The notes: generated from the letters alone by a model not told the origin. DNA of 64,000 bases from an uncultured Chloroflexia bacterium (GCA_963741965.1 CAVUKC010000002.1:440488-504487), one strand, 5' to 3'. Shown: positions 1 through 13,839, numbered from the stretch's first letter. Numbers and translations: made by a program.

Positions 1-1
1 C

Positions 2-2113
<2,112 letters not shown>

Positions 2114-2186
2114 CGGGCAGCCGCGGCGGGCACCACATCGGTCCCGCCGCGACCCGCCGTTCCCGTGACGATCGAGTGGAGGAACC

Positions 2187-5100
2187 ATGGCAACAACGAA
2201 TTATCCTGACATCTCCCCCGAGCGCGGTGGAGACTTCTCGGCCGCTCAGTCCGACGGAAACCGTGGATTCCAGCGTGGCCAGGGCCGCGACAAGACGTCC
2301 GTGCTGGACGTGAACAACTTCGACGCGATCCGCATCCGGCTGGCGTCGCCCGAGGCGATCCGCAGCTGGTCGCACGGCGAGGTCGTGAAGCCGGAGACGA
2401 TCAACTACCGCACGCTCAAGCCAGAGCACGGCGGCCTCTTCTGCGAGCGCATCTTCGGTCCGACACGTGACTGGGAGTGCTACTGCGGCAAGTACAAGCG
2501 CATCCGCTACGCCGGCACCGTCTGCGACAAGTGCGGCGTCGAGGTGACCCGTTCCAAGGTTCGCCGCGAGCGGATGGGCCACATCGAGCTCGCTGCTCCG
2601 GTGGCGCACATCTGGTACGTCAAGGGCACGCCGAGCCGCCTCGGCCTGCTCCTCGACCTGCCGCCGCGAACGCTGGAGCGCGTGCTCTACTTCGCGTCCT
2701 ACATGGTGACCGATGTCGATGACGCCAAGCGACAGCAGGCGATCGACGAGATCAACGAGCTGCACGAGGAGACGCTGGCCGAGATTCGCGCCGAGGCGCA
2801 GTCGAAGGTCGACGAGATCCTTGAGAACAGCGGCGCTGACGTGAGCGGCATCGAGGACAACGCCGCGCAGATCCAGCAGCGCGTCACAACCGAGCGAGAC
2901 ACCGCCCTCGTCGAGCTCCAGCAGGAGTTCGAGGACACGAAGGCGCAGATCGAGGAAGCCCTCGGCGGCGCGGCCGAGAAGCGGTGGACGTTCCGCCGCA
3001 AGGTCGTGATCAAGAAGGGCGAGGCGATCAACGCCGACCGGCTGCAGAAGCTCGACGACATCGTCGAGAAGATGCGGAAGGACATCGTTGACGAGGCGGA
3101 GCACACGCTCTCCGGCGGCGACATGCTGTCCGGCGCCGAGCGCGACCAGCTCTCGCACGACGCCACCGAGCAGGTCAAGAAGATCGAGCAGGAGCTCGAG
3201 GAGCAGATCAAGTCCGAGACGGCCGAGCGCGACGAGACGATCAAGCAGCTGACCGACCTCCGCGAGCGCCAGGTGCTCACGGAGACCGACTACCGGCTGC
3301 TGCAGGAAGTCGTCCCGCCGGGCGTGTTCGAGGCTGGCATGGGCGCCGAGGCGGTGTACAGCTACGTCTCGCGCAAGATCGATCTCGACCAGCTTGCCGT
3401 CGAGCTGCGCAACGAGATGCAGGCCGCATCCGATGTGCGCCGCAAGAAGGCGACGAAGCGGCTCCGCGTGATCGAGGCGCTGCGCAAGAGCGGCAACAAG
3501 CCGCACTGGATGATCTTCACGGCGCTGCCGGTGATTCCGCCCGAGCTGCGTCCGATGGTCCAGCTTGATGGTGGCCGCTTCGCAACGTCGGACCTGAACG
3601 ATCTCTACCGCCGCGTGATCAACCGCAACAACCGGCTCAAGCGACTGCTCGAGCTCGGCGCGCCGGAGATCATCGTGCGCAACGAGAAGCGCATGCTGCA
3701 GGAGGCCGTCGACGCGCTGATCGACAACGGCCGCCGCGGCCGTGCCGTCTCCGGCTCGAGCAAGCACAAGCTCAAGAGCCTGAGCGACATGCTGAAGGGC
3801 AAGCAGGGCCGGTTCCGCCAGAACCTGCTCGGCAAGCGCGTGGACTACTCCGGCCGCTCCGTGATCGTGGTCGGCCCGGACCTCGCGCTGGACGAGTGTG
3901 GCCTGCCGAAGCGGATGGCGCTCGAGCTGTTCAAGCCGTTCGTCATGCGCCGGCTGGTGGAGCGCGAGCTCGCGCACAACATCAAGGCCGCGAAGCGGTT
4001 CGTGGAGCGGGTGCACCCGGATGTCTGGGACGTCCTCGAGGATGTCATCAAGGACTACGTGGTGCTGCTCAACCGCGCGCCGACGCTGCACCGTCTCGGC
4101 ATCCAGGCGTTCCGCCCGAGGCTCATCGAGGGATCGGCGATCCAGCTGCATCCGATGGTGACGACAGCGTTCAACGCGGACTTCGACGGCGACCAGATGG
4201 CGGTCCACGTGCCGCTGTCCAAGTCGGCGCAGCAGGAAGCCCGCACGCGGATGCTGTCGATCAACAACCTGCTCGCGCCGTCGAACGGTGAGCCGATTGT
4301 CTCGCCGACGCAGGACATCGTGTTCGGCATCTACTACATCACCAGCCTTCGTGACCATGCGATGGACATTGAGCGAAGCACGGTGCCGAACGGCTACGGC
4401 AAGGTCTACTCCTCGCTGGAGGAGGTCAAGCTCGCCTACGACTCCGGCATGGTCGACATCCAGGCCGAGATTTTCGTTCGCACCGACCGTGACGGCGGTG
4501 AGGTGAAGCGTATCAAGACGACCGTGGGTCGGGCGCTGTTCAACCTCGTGCTGCCGGAGTCGCTCGGCAAGTACTACAACGAGACCATGGGGCGGAAGCA
4601 GCTCCGGGGTGTGGTTTCGGACTGCTACCTGCGATACCAGGACCCGCAGATGACCGCGAAGATCGTCAACGACATCAAGAAGCTCGGCTTCGCGATGTCG
4701 ACGAAGGGCGGGCTCAGCATCGCCCTCGCCGACGTGACGCAGTCGGATACCAAGGCCAAGATCGTTGAGGACGCGCAGACGGCCGCCGACGCGGTCGATC
4801 GCCAGTACCGCCGTGGTCTCGTTACCGAGGCGGAGCGGCTGCGCGAGCTCGAGGTGATCTGGAACAACGCCCGTGACACCCTCACGGACGACGTGGAAGC
4901 ACGCCTGAAGGGCCAGAACTCCATCTACATGATGGCGGATTCCGGCGCGAAGGGAAACATGAACCAGATCAGCCAGATGGCTGGCATGCGCGGTCTCGTG
5001 CTTGACCCGCAGGGCAAGGTCATCGACATCCCGATCAAGTCCAACTTCCGCGAGGGCCTGACGGTACTCGAGTACTTCCTCTCCACGCACGGCGCGCGCA

Positions 5101-6734
5101 AGGGGCTCGCCGACACCGCGCTCCGCACGGCGGACTCCGGGTACCTGACCCGCCGCCTGGTGGACGTTGCCCAGGACGTCATCGTGACGATGGAGGACTG
5201 CGGCACCGAGCATGGTGTGGCGGTCCCGCGGCTGGACGCCGATGGCCGCGAGCTTTCGGCGGACGAGTTCCGTGCCCGCATCGCGGGTCGTATCGCTTCG
5301 GCGGATATCGTCAACCCGGAGACGGGTGAGATCATCGTCCGCCAGGGACAGGAGATCTTCGAGCGCTACGAGAACGAGGATGGCAAGACGATCGACCTCG
5401 TCGCCGAAATCGTCAGCACGGGCCTCGACAAGGTGCATATCCGCTCGGTGATGACCTGTGAGGCGCCGCACGGTGTCTGCCAGCTCTGCTACGGCCGGAA
5501 CCTCGCGACGGGCAAGCTCGTCGAGAAGGGCGAGGCCGTCGGTATCATCGCCGCGCAGTCGATCGGTGAGCCGGGCACGCAGCTGACGATGCGCACCTTC
5601 CACACCGGTGGTGTGGCGCGCGCCGACATCACGACCGGTCTGCCGCGTGTCGAGGAGCTGTTCGAGGCGCGCGAGCCGAAGGGCGCCGCGCTGCTGGCGA
5701 CCCGGCCGGGCAAGGTCACCGTCGAGGATGAGGACGAGGGGCGCGTGCTCCGGATCCGCTCCGTCGAGCAGCACAGCTGGCACGAGGAGCTCACCGAGGG
5801 CTACGAGTTGGTGATCGCCGAGGGCAGTGAGGTGCAGCGCGCCAAGACTGTGCTCGCGCACGGCCCGAACGGCGAGGAGCTCTTCGCCGGGATTGACGGC
5901 ACGTTCTTCCTCGACGGTCGCACGGCCTACGTGCGGTCGGAGTCGGAAGAGGTCGACGAGTACCACATCAACTACGACGACCAGCTGCTGGTCGAGGACG
6001 GCCAGGAGGTCACCTCCGGCACTCAGCTCACGTTCGGTCCGAAGAACCCGCACGCACTGCTGGCGACGATGGGGCCGGACGCGACGCAGCGCTACATCAT
6101 CGACGAGGTGCAGAAGGTCTACCGCTCCCAGGGCGTGACGACCAACGACAAGCACATCGAGGTGATCGCGCGGCAGATGCTCCGCAAGGTCCGCATCGAG
6201 TTCCCGGGTGACACCAACCTGCTCGAGGGTGACACCGTCGACCGGTTCGAGTTCAACCTCCAGAACGAGGAGGCGCTCGTACAGGGCGGCGAGCCGGCAA
6301 CCGCGACCCCGCTGCTGCTGGGCATCACGAAGGCATCGCTCGAGACGGACTCGTTCCTCTCGGCTGCCTCGTTCCAGGAGACCACCCGCGTGCTGACCGA
6401 GGCCGCCATCAACGGCAAGGTCGACCACCTGCGCGGTCTCAAGGAGAACGTGATCATCGGCAAGTTGATCCCGGCGGGCTCCGGCTTCGGGCGGGACGAC
6501 GTGGCCGAGGAGCCGGACGCGCTCGAGGAGGCCACCGTCGCGGCGATGCGGCCGGAGGCCAGTCTCGACGCCGCAACGGAAGAGGACTACCAGGAGCTGA
6601 TGCAGGCCGGCACGCTGCCGAACACGGCGGTGGCGGAGCGTGAAGGTGATGACGACGGCGAACGCGCGCCGGAGGACATCAGCGAGGTCAACGACGACGA
6701 CGTCGAGGACGAGACCGTCCAGCCGGCGGAGTAG
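2187..6734 (+). CDS. rpoC: RNA polymerase beta' subunit
   Basis: KPETINYRT, Zn finger CYCGKYK...CDKC, catalytic NADFDGD; RBS GGAGG upstream. Confidence 0.99.
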   Translation: MATTNYPDISPERGGDFSAAQSDGNRGFQRGQGRDKTSVLDVNNFDAIRIRLASPEAIRSWSHGEVVKPETINYRTLKPEHGGLFCERIFGPTRDWECYCGKYKRIRYAGTVCDKCGVEVTRSKVRRERMGHIELAAPVAHIWYVKGTPSRLGLLLDLPPRTLERVLYFASYMVTDVDDAKRQQAIDEINELHEETLAEIRAEAQSKVDEILENSGADVSGIEDNAAQIQQRVTTERDTALVELQQEFEDTKAQIEEALGGAAEKRWTFRRKVVIKKGEAINADRLQKLDDIVEKMRKDIVDEAEHTLSGGDMLSGAERDQLSHDATEQVKKIEQELEEQIKSETAERDETIKQLTDLRERQVLTETDYRLLQEVVPPGVFEAGMGAEAVYSYVSRKIDLDQLAVELRNEMQAASDVRRKKATKRLRVIEALRKSGNKPHWMIFTALPVIPPELRPMVQLDGGRFATSDLNDLYRRVINRNNRLKRLLELGAPEIIVRNEKRMLQEAVDALIDNGRRGRAVSGSSKHKLKSLSDMLKGKQGRFRQNLLGKRVDYSGRSVIVVGPDLALDECGLPKRMALELFKPFVMRRLVERELAHNIKAAKRFVERVHPDVWDVLEDVIKDYVVLLNRAPTLHRLGIQAFRPRLIEGSAIQLHPMVTTAFNADFDGDQMAVHVPLSKSAQQEARTRMLSINNLLAPSNGEPIVSPTQDIVFGIYYITSLRDHAMDIERSTVPNGYGKVYSSLEEVKLAYDSGMVDIQAEIFVRTDRDGGEVKRIKTTVGRALFNLVLPESLGKYYNETMGRKQLRGVVSDCYLRYQDPQMTAKIVNDIKKLGFAMSTKGGLSIALADVTQSDTKAKIVEDAQTAADAVDRQYRRGLVTEAERLRELEVIWNNARDTLTDDVEARLKGQNSIYMMADSGAKGNMNQISQMAGMRGLVLDPQGKVIDIPIKSNFREGLTVLEYFLSTHGARKGLADTALRTADSGYLTRRLVDVAQDVIVTMEDCGTEHGVAVPRLDADGRELSADEFRARIAGRIASADIVNPETGEIIVRQGQEIFERYENEDGKTIDLVAEIVSTGLDKVHIRSVMTCEAPHGVCQLCYGRNLATGKLVEKGEAVGIIAAQSIGEPGTQLTMRTFHTGGVARADITTGLPRVEELFEAREPKGAALLATRPGKVTVEDEDEGRVLRIRSVEQHSWHEELTEGYELVIAEGSEVQRAKTVLAHGPNGEELFAGIDGTFFLDGRTAYVRSESEEVDEYHINYDDQLLVEDGQEVTSGTQLTFGPKNPHALLATMGPDATQRYIIDEVQKVYRSQGVTTNDKHIEVIARQMLRKVRIEFPGDTNLLEGDTVDRFEFNLQNEEALVQGGEPATATPLLLGITKASLETDSFLSAASFQETTRVLTEAAINGKVDHLRGLKENVIIGKLIPAGSGFGRDDVAEEPDALEEATVAAMRPEASLDAATEEDYQELMQAGTLPNTAVAEREGDDDGERAPEDISEVNDDDVEDETVQPAE

Positions 6735-6762
6735 CCTCCACACCGGCGACGTCGGACATGCA

Positions 6763-6800
6763 GAAACCCCGCCCGAGCAACCGCTCGGGCGGGGTTTTTC
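6763..6800 (+). terminator. Intrinsic terminator after rpoC (possibly bidirectional)
   Basis: AAACCCCGCCCGAGC-AACC-GCTCGGGCGGGGTTTTT perfect stem ending in a T run. Confidence 0.9.
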
Positions 6801-6923
6801 GTGTCATCGTGCGGCGTCCTCGCTCCCGCCATCCGGGCTGGTCCTTCACGCCATCGACCGCGTTCTGACCGCAGCCTTTCCGTCATTCGGTGCCCGCGGC
6901 TCGGCGTGACGCGCGAGGCGTCA

Positions 6924-7790
6924 TCACGCCTCGGCGGCGACCTCCGCCTCGATCGCCTTGATGTAGGCGAGGTTGCGCTCGAGGTTCTCTTCGACCGACC
7001 GCTCGGTGCTGAAATCTTCGAACGTGATCCAGCCGTCGTAGCCCACCTGCTTCAGCGAGCGCATCACGGTGCGGACGTCGGCGATGCCCTCGGGAATCGG
7101 GCAGAATGACGACTCCCACTTCACCGTGCCGTCGTCGAGCGTCTCGCCCGGGACCCAGCGCGCATTCTTCATGTGGACATGCGCGAGGTACGGGCCAAGT
7201 GCCTCGAACGCGGCGCGCGGGTGCTCCCAGCCCTCGATCACCATGTTGCCGGCGTCGTGGATCGCGCCGACATGTTCCGGGTCGAGCCCGTCGAGGAAGC
7301 GGCGGGCGGCGTTGCCCGAGGCGATGATGCTGCGATGATGCAGCTCCACGAGCGCCTTCACGCCATGCTTCTTGGCAATCTCCACGACATCCTCGTACTG
7401 CTTGCGAGAGGCGTCCCACAGCTTCGCGTATGACTCGGAGCCGTCGTAATTCGGCACCTGGATGCGCAGGGCCGGCGCCCCGAGCGCCGCGCACCCCGCG
7501 ATCACGGGCTCGAGCTTCTCGGTCTCATAGCACTTCACGTAGCTGGCCATGCCCGGCATCGCGAGCCCGGCGTCTTCGGTCATCTTCTTCCACTTCGGGG
7601 CGTCGTCCTTGAACCCGCTCAGCGGCAGCGTCGCCTTGTTACCCTGCCAGAACGACTTCTTCGCGCCTTCCGGCGGGGCGTCGTCCTGCACGCGCCACTC
7701 GACGCCGTCGTAGCCGACGTCCTTGATCTTCCTGACCGCCTCCTCCGGTGTGTAGGCCGGCATCGAGACGGTGAACACGGCGTACTTCAT
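6924..7790 (-). CDS. Sugar phosphate isomerase/epimerase (xylose isomerase-like TIM barrel)
   Basis: GYDGVEW, LVELH, DAGN, HVHMKN, GYDGWITFE motifs. Confidence 0.88.
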   Translation of the reverse strand: MKYAVFTVSMPAYTPEEAVRKIKDVGYDGVEWRVQDDAPPEGAKKSFWQGNKATLPLSGFKDDAPKWKKMTEDAGLAMPGMASYVKCYETEKLEPVIAGCAALGAPALRIQVPNYDGSESYAKLWDASRKQYEDVVEIAKKHGVKALVELHHRSIIASGNAARRFLDGLDPEHVGAIHDAGNMVIEGWEHPRAAFEALGPYLAHVHMKNARWVPGETLDDGTVKWESSFCPIPEGIADVRTVMRSLKQVGYDGWITFEDFSTERSVEENLERNLAYIKAIEAEVAAEA

Positions 7791-7802
7791 GTGTGGTGAT
7801 CC

Positions 7803-8837
7803 TTATCCGAGTGTGACGCGCGTGCCCGACTTCGCGGACTCGTAGATCGCGAGAATGATGTCGACCGCCTTGCGCGCCTCGGCGCCGGGTACCGGCGGCG
7901 TCTCTCCCGCGCGCAGCGACGAGAAGATCAGCCGCAGCTGGCGACGGTGGCCGATGCCGAATCCCTCGTTCGGATCCCAACCTTCGACGAATTGGCGGTC
8001 CATCGGCGTCAGCAGGTCGTCCGTGAGCTCGGAGTCGCCCTCCCAGCAGGTGACCCGCCCGCCCTCGATGATGACCTTGCCGCCGGTGCCGAGGATCTCG
8101 ACCTTGACCGGCCAGTCCTTGCCACAGCTGGTGGTGCCGTGGATGGTTCCGAGCGCGCCCGAGCGGAACACCACGCTGGCGGTGGCGGTGTCCTCCGTCT
8201 CGATGTTGTGCGTCAGGGTGGCGATATTGGCGGAGATGGCGGAAACGCCGCCCATGATCCATTGGAGCAGGTCGATGGTGTGGATGCTCTGGTTCATCAA
8301 CGCGCCGCCGCCATCGAGGTCCCAGGTGCCGCGCCAGCCACCGTTCGCGGCGTAGTACTCGTCCGTCCGCTTCCAGTGGACGTGGGCGCTGCCGACGATG
8401 GGCTTGCCGATCATGCCGGCCTCGACTGCGCGCTTTACCTTGAGTACGTCCGACGACAGCCGGTTCTGGAAGATCACGGCCAGCTCGACGCCGTTGTCGT
8501 CGACCGCCTTGAGCATGCGGTCGAGCCCCGCCTTGGTGATCGCCATCGGCTTCTCGGTGATGACGTGCTTCTTCGCCTCGGCGGCCAGCGATACCTGCTC
8601 TGGGTGCATGCCGGACGGGGTCGCGACGATCACCACGTCGACCTTCGGATCATTGAGCATGTCGGTGTAGGATGCGTACCAGGTCGCGCCGTTCGCGTCG
8701 GCGAGTTCCCGGCCCGCGTCCTCCCGCGTTTCCGCGACCGCGACGACGTTAGCGTCCGGGATGCCCTGCAGCGCCTTCGAGTGCACGTTGCCGATGACCC
8801 CGGCACCGACGATGCCGACTCCGAGCGGTTGTCCCAT
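7803..8837 (-). CDS. Gfo/Idh/MocA family oxidoreductase
   Basis: GIVGAGVIG Rossmann motif, EKPMA, GGGALMNQSIHTIDLL; start at MGQPLGV with GAGGGAGG RBS. Confidence 0.92.
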   Translation of the reverse strand: MGQPLGVGIVGAGVIGNVHSKALQGIPDANVVAVAETREDAGRELADANGATWYASYTDMLNDPKVDVVIVATPSGMHPEQVSLAAEAKKHVITEKPMAITKAGLDRMLKAVDDNGVELAVIFQNRLSSDVLKVKRAVEAGMIGKPIVGSAHVHWKRTDEYYAANGGWRGTWDLDGGGALMNQSIHTIDLLQWIMGGVSAISANIATLTHNIETEDTATASVVFRSGALGTIHGTTSCGKDWPVKVEILGTGGKVIIEGGRVTCWEGDSELTDDLLTPMDRQFVEGWDPNEGFGIGHRRQLRLIFSSLRAGETPPVPGAEARKAVDIILAIYESAKSGTRVTLG

Positions 8838-8942
8838 GTGTCCCTCCCTCCAAATGCGGCTTTTACGATGGAGGTCATGGTACGGTCGCGATGCGGATCG
8901 CGCAACAGGCACGCGTGGTGTGTCGAAGAGGAGCCCCGGTTG

Positions 8943-10144
8943 ATGACCGATGCCGAGCTGCCAATCAAGAAGACGGTCACGTTGCTCTGGCGCGGGCACG
9001 AGCTGAGCTTCGACGTGGCGCAGGAGTTGTTCAGCAGTCACCAGGTCGACAGAGGCAGCCGGATGCTGCTCGACAGCCTCGACCCGGATACGTTTCCGGA
9101 AGCGTGGCGTGGCGAGCGGACTTCGGCTGTGGCTACGGCGTGCTCGGGATCGCGTGGCAGGTGGCCTGCCCAGAATGGTCGATGGCGTACGTCGATCGCG
9201 ACGCACTCGCGGTGGCGTTCTCTGAGCACAACGCGATCCTCACGCACGGATCGGGCACCGGTGGCGCGAGCTTCGTGTGCGATGTCGCGCTTCCTTATAA
9301 GGAAACCGGCTACGGCCTCGTGCTGTGGAACGTTCCCGGCAAGGCCGGCCGGGATGTCATCGCCGGCCTCCTCGATGCCGTCATCGACATCCTCGCGGTC
9401 GGCGGCGTGCTCGCGGCCGTGATCGTGCACCCGCTGGCGGACCTGTTCACGGACCAGTTCGACCGGGCGGACGCCAGTATCGCGCATGTGGAGCGCGGCA
9501 AGGATCACACCGTCGTGCACATCCGGCGCGAGCGTGGAAAGGTGATCGAGCGGCATCCCTTCGAGGAGGGAACCTTCGATCGCGCGGCGCAGCGCTTCGA
9601 GGTTGGTGGGCTGAGCTGGACCCTCACGCCGGTTGTTGGGCTGCCGGAGTACGACTCGCTGGACCACGCCACCGATCTGGCCGTTCGGGCAATGCAAGGG
9701 CTCGAACGCGCGTCAATCGACCGGTGGTTGATCATCGAGCCTGGGGTTGGGCACCTGGCCGTGGCCGCGTCGCTCCTGTGGCCCGAGGCGACCGGCGAGG
9801 TGCGGAGCCGTGATGCGCTCGAGGTGCTGGCTACGCGCCGCGCAATGGGGTCAAACAGCCATGTCGGCTGTTCGGTGGCGTGGGGGATCGACGTCGTTGA
9901 CGTCGAAGCGCCGGTCGATCTCGCGGTCGTCGCGCTCGCCGAGCAGGCGCCCGCAGAGGAGATAGAGCGTGTCGTTTACCGACTGGAAGCCCTGGTGGAG
10001 CCCGGCGGCGCGGTCGTGGTCCACGGTCGTTCGACCGAGGTCGCCCGCCTGGAGCGCGTGCTTCGAAGGAGCCGCTCGTGGCGGCACGGCAAGCCCAGGA
10101 AGATGCGCGGATCGGCATGTATGACGGCGCGGCATCGACAGTGA
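8943..10144 (+). pseudogene. RsmC/MTS-like SAM-dependent methyltransferase, frameshifted near 9100-9118 (pseudogene or sequencing indel)
   Basis: N-part LFSSHQVDRGSRMLL in one frame; SAM motif DFGCGYGVLG and the rest in another frame. Confidence 0.75.
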
Positions 10145-10145
10145 C

Positions 10146-10174
10146 TTGACGCGGCGCCCGAAAATGCCTAATAT
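10146..10174 (+). promoter_or_regulatory. Sigma70-type promoter of the str/S10 superoperon
   Basis: TTGACG-N17-TAATAT about 190 nt upstream of rpsL. Confidence 0.75.
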
Positions 10175-10365
10175 TGACGGTTGTGATCTCCCTTCGGGGA
10201 TTGCGAGATACGGGTGTGGCCACCTGGCTGATTTACGCCACAACAGGTCACCAACAGGAAACCGACGAGATGGATGGCGCCGCAGCTGCGCCCGACCGGT
10301 TTTGTGCCGGTTTTTGGTGCGCAGAGCACGGTTTTGGCAGCCCTCCGTCCGGTTAGGAGCTTTTC

Positions 10366-10791
10366 GTGCCGACGATCAATCAGTTGGTTCGCAAGGGCCG
10401 AAAGAGCGTCAAGAAGAAGACCAAGTCGCCAGCGCTGCGCTTCACGAACAGCTCGGCGGGTCGCTACGCGGGTACCCTGCGTGGCGAGACGTTCGCGCCG
10501 CAGAAGCGCGGAGTCTGCACTCAGGTCAAGACCATGACGCCCAAGAAGCCCAACTCGGCACTGCGCAAGATCGCCCGTGTTCGCCTTTCGAGTGGCGTGG
10601 AAGTAACCGCGTACATTCCAGGCGAGGGGCATAACCTTCAGGAGCACTCGGTGGTGCTCATCCGTGGCGGTCGTGTGAAGGACCTCCCGGGTGTGCGGTA
10701 CCACATTGTTCGAGGCGCTCTTGATGCTCGCGGCGTTGAAAACCGCAAGCAGGCGCGGTCCAAGTACGGAACCAAGGCACCGAGCAGCTAG
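10366..10791 (+). CDS. rpsL: 30S ribosomal protein S12
   Basis: [30 protein letters not shown]; GTG start. Confidence 0.99.
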   Translation: MPTINQLVRKGRKSVKKKTKSPALRFTNSSAGRYAGTLRGETFAPQKRGVCTQVKTMTPKKPNSALRKIARVRLSSGVEVTAYIPGEGHNLQEHSVVLIRGGRVKDLPGVRYHIVRGALDARGVENRKQARSKYGTKAPSS

Positions 10792-11173
10792 GGAGCAATC
10801 CCGCGGCCACACGGCCGGTTCGGTGTTCCCGCGGAGGCGGGGCTGAGGGAGCTGGGATACGGAGAGCGGCACGGCATCCCGCGAGGGGTTCCGACCGCTT
10901 TTTCGTGTGTCCATGACACCAGCGCTCTCGGAACTTGCGAACGACAGTGACGATGCATTCGAGATGAACGCGGTTTCCGGGCGTGGCCCGGTGCCGCAGC
11001 GCGCCGGCGAGGCGCGGCAAATGACCCGGGCGGATGAGGCACTCATGCGCCGGGCACCACGTTTGCGGCTGGAAGCGGCATTGGGCCGCGGGACCAGCCA
11101 GGATGTCCGACAAGGGCACCGGGTTCGCCAATCCGGGCCCCCCTATGGACAGCACGGAGGCAAGAGAGAACGT
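10792..11173 (+). ncRNA. Candidate structured cis-regulatory RNA in the rpsL-rpsG spacer
   Basis: 382-nt spacer with nested long stems, G-U pairs and a GCGA tetraloop; folded by eye, family not recognised. Confidence 0.4.
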
Positions 11174-11644
11174 ATGCCGAGACGAGCCAAGATCGAGCGT
11201 CGCGTGCCACAGCCTGATGCTCGTTACAACAACGAGATGGTCACTCGCTTCATCAACAAGATCATGCAGCGGGGCAAGAAGGGTCTGGCGGAGCGCATCA
11301 TGTACGACGCGCTGCAGATGATCCAGGATCGCTCCGGGAATGATCCGATCACCGTCTTCGAGCAGGCGCTGCAGAACGCGACGCCGATGCTCGAGGTGAA
11401 GCCGCGCCGCGTCGGTGGCGCGACCTACCAGGTGCCGGTGCAGATCGAGGGGCAGCGCCGCACGTCGCTCGCGATCCGCTGGCTGCTGGCCTCGGCGCGA
11501 AGCCGACCCGGCAAGACCATGCAGGAGAAGCTCGCCAACGAGCTGCTCGACGCCTACAACGGCACCGGCGCCACCATCAAGAAGCGTGAGGACACGCACC
11601 GGATGGCCGAGGCGAACCGCGCGTTCTCCCACTACCGCTTCTAG
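11174..11644 (+). CDS. rpsG: 30S ribosomal protein S7
   Basis: MPRR..., RRVGGATYQVP, HRMAEANRAFSHYRF. Confidence 0.99.
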   Translation: MPRRAKIERRVPQPDARYNNEMVTRFINKIMQRGKKGLAERIMYDALQMIQDRSGNDPITVFEQALQNATPMLEVKPRRVGGATYQVPVQIEGQRRTSLAIRWLLASARSRPGKTMQEKLANELLDAYNGTGATIKKREDTHRMAEANRAFSHYRF

Positions 11645-11724
11645 GCTGTGGGCGAGCGAGCCGGTGAGGCTCGCCTCCATACGTTCGAGCACGCCGACGT
11701 GCCCAACGAGGAATGATAGGAACC

Positions 11725-13839
11725 ATGGCTGGTACTGCGACCCAACCGAACCTTGCTGATCCCGAGGTCGCTCTTCGCCGAACCCGAAACATCGGGATTA
11801 TTGCGCACATCGACGCCGGGAAGACGACCACAACCGAGCGCATCCTGTTCTACACGGGTCTTGTCCACAAGATCGGTGAGACCCATGAGGGCGCTGCCGT
11901 CATGGACTGGATGGAGCAGGAGCGCGAGCGTGGCATCACGATCACGTCCGCGGCGACGACCTGCTTCTGGCGAGAGCACCGCATCAACATCATTGACACA
12001 CCGGGTCACGTCGACTTCACGGTCGAGGTGGAGCGCTCGCTCCGCGTTCTCGACGGTGGCGTGGTTGTGTTCGACGGTGTGGCCGGCGTGGAGCCGCAGT
12101 CCGAGACGGTGTGGCGCCAGGCCGACAAGTACAACGTGCCGCGCATCTGCTTCGTCAACAAGATGGACCGCACCGGGGCGAACTTCCAGAACACGGTGGA
12201 CATGATCGTCGATCGCCTCAAGGCGAACCCGGCGCCGGTCCAGGTGCCGATGGGCGCCGAGGACACCTTCGCGGGTGTGATCGACCTCATCAACATGAAG
12301 GCGATCACCTACCACGACGACCTCGGTCAGAACATCGAGATCGGTGAGATCCCCGATGAGTTCCGGGAAGCCGCCGAGGCAGCCCGCGTCGAGCTCGTCG
12401 AGAAGGTCGCCGAGGTCGACGAAGACCTGATGATGAAGTACCTCGAGGGTGAGGAGCTCACCTCCGAGGAGATCGTTGCCGGTCTCCGCGCCGGCACGCT
12501 GGCCGGCACGCTGGTGCCGGTGATGGCCGGCAGCGCGCTCAAGAACAAGGGCGTGCAGCCGATGCTGGACAGCATCATTGACTACCTGCCGTCGCCGCTC
12601 GACGTTCCTCCGGTCCACGGGGTCAACCCGAAGAACGAAGAGGAGGAGATGACGCGAAAGGCCGATCCGAACGCTCCGTTCGCGGCGCTCGCGTTCAAGA
12701 TCGCCGTCGATCCGCACGTCGGCAAGCTCGCCTACGTCCGGGTCTACTCCGGCACGATGAAGTCGGGTTCCTACGCGCTCAACTCGAGCAAGGGCCAGCG
12801 GGAGCGCGTCGGCCGCCTGCTCCAGATGCACTCCAACCACCGCGAGGAGATCCCCGAGGTCGCCGCGGGCAACATCGCCGCGGTGATCGGGCTCAAGGGC
12901 ACGACCACCGGCGACACCCTCTGCGATCCGGACGACCCGATCGTGCTTGAGTCCATCACCTTCCCTGAGCCGGTGATCTCGGTCTCGATTGAGCCGAAGA
13001 CCCGCGCCGACCAGGACAAGATGGGCAACGCGCTTCAGCGCCTCGCCGAGGAGGACCCGACCTTCCGGGTCAAGACGAACGAGGAGACCGGCCAGACCGT
13101 CATCGACGGCATGGGCGAGCTTCACCTCGACGTCATCGTGGACCGCATGATGCGGGAGTTCCGTGTCGAGGCGAACGTCGGGCGGCCGCAGGTGGCCTAC
13201 CGCGAGACGCTCACCAAGACGGTCCGCGCCGAGGGACGCCACGTCCGCCAGTCGGGCGGCAAGGGCCAGTACGGCCACGCCATCGTGGAGTTCGAGCCGC
13301 AGGAGCGCGGTGCGGGCTACGAGTTCGAAGACGGTATCGTCGGCGGCTCGGTCCCCCGCGAGTACATCCCGGCGGTGAACGCCGGGATCAGGGAGGCCAT
13401 GGATACCGGCGGCAAGGCCGGGTTCCCCGTGGTCGATGTCAAGGCGAAGCTGGTTGACGGCTCCTTCCACGAGGTCGACTCGTCGGAAATGGCATTCAAG
13501 ATCGCCGGCTCGCTGGCGTTCAAGGACGCGCTCGCCAAGGGGCGCCCGGCGATCCTCGAGCCGGTGATGGCCGTTGAGGTCACCACACCGGAAGAGTTCA
13601 TGGGCGACGTCATCGGTGACCTGAACTCCCGCCGTGGGCACATCCAGGGCATGGAGGAGCGCGCAGGCGCGCAGGTCGTCCGGGCGATGGTCCCGCTGGC
13701 GAACATGTTCGGCTATGTCACCGACCTCCGGTCGATGACGCAGGGCCGCGCGGTCAGCTCGATGGAGTTCGACCACTACGCGCCGCTGCCGGACAGCCTG
13801 GCACAGGAATTTGTGGAGAAGGCTGCCGAGCGCAGCTAG
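11725..13839 (+). CDS. fusA: Elongation factor G
   Basis: [27 protein letters not shown]; alternative start at 11713. Confidence 0.99.
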   Translation: MAGTATQPNLADPEVALRRTRNIGIIAHIDAGKTTTTERILFYTGLVHKIGETHEGAAVMDWMEQERERGITITSAATTCFWREHRINIIDTPGHVDFTVEVERSLRVLDGGVVVFDGVAGVEPQSETVWRQADKYNVPRICFVNKMDRTGANFQNTVDMIVDRLKANPAPVQVPMGAEDTFAGVIDLINMKAITYHDDLGQNIEIGEIPDEFREAAEAARVELVEKVAEVDEDLMMKYLEGEELTSEEIVAGLRAGTLAGTLVPVMAGSALKNKGVQPMLDSIIDYLPSPLDVPPVHGVNPKNEEEEMTRKADPNAPFAALAFKIAVDPHVGKLAYVRVYSGTMKSGSYALNSSKGQRERVGRLLQMHSNHREEIPEVAAGNIAAVIGLKGTTTGDTLCDPDDPIVLESITFPEPVISVSIEPKTRADQDKMGNALQRLAEEDPTFRVKTNEETGQTVIDGMGELHLDVIVDRMMREFRVEANVGRPQVAYRETLTKTVRAEGRHVRQSGGKGQYGHAIVEFEPQERGAGYEFEDGIVGGSVPREYIPAVNAGIREAMDTGGKAGFPVVDVKAKLVDGSFHEVDSSEMAFKIAGSLAFKDALAKGRPAILEPVMAVEVTTPEEFMGDVIGDLNSRRGHIQGMEERAGAQVVRAMVPLANMFGYVTDLRSMTQGRAVSSMEFDHYAPLPDSLAQEFVEKAAERS

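Noticed and set aside
10520-10700. Streptomycin-resistance substitutions in S12
   Set aside because: PKKPNSA and RVKDLPG are the wild-type sequences
10836-10860. GGGGCTGA resembling a tmRNA 5' end; spacer also considered as RNase P or SRP RNA
   Set aside because: No tRNA-like 3' end with CCA, no GAGGAAAGUCC, no SRP helix-8 motif
10907-11173. Apparent 89-aa N-terminal extension of S7
   Set aside because: Canonical MPRR start with RBS at 11174; the upstream region looks like structured RNA with no protein-like signal
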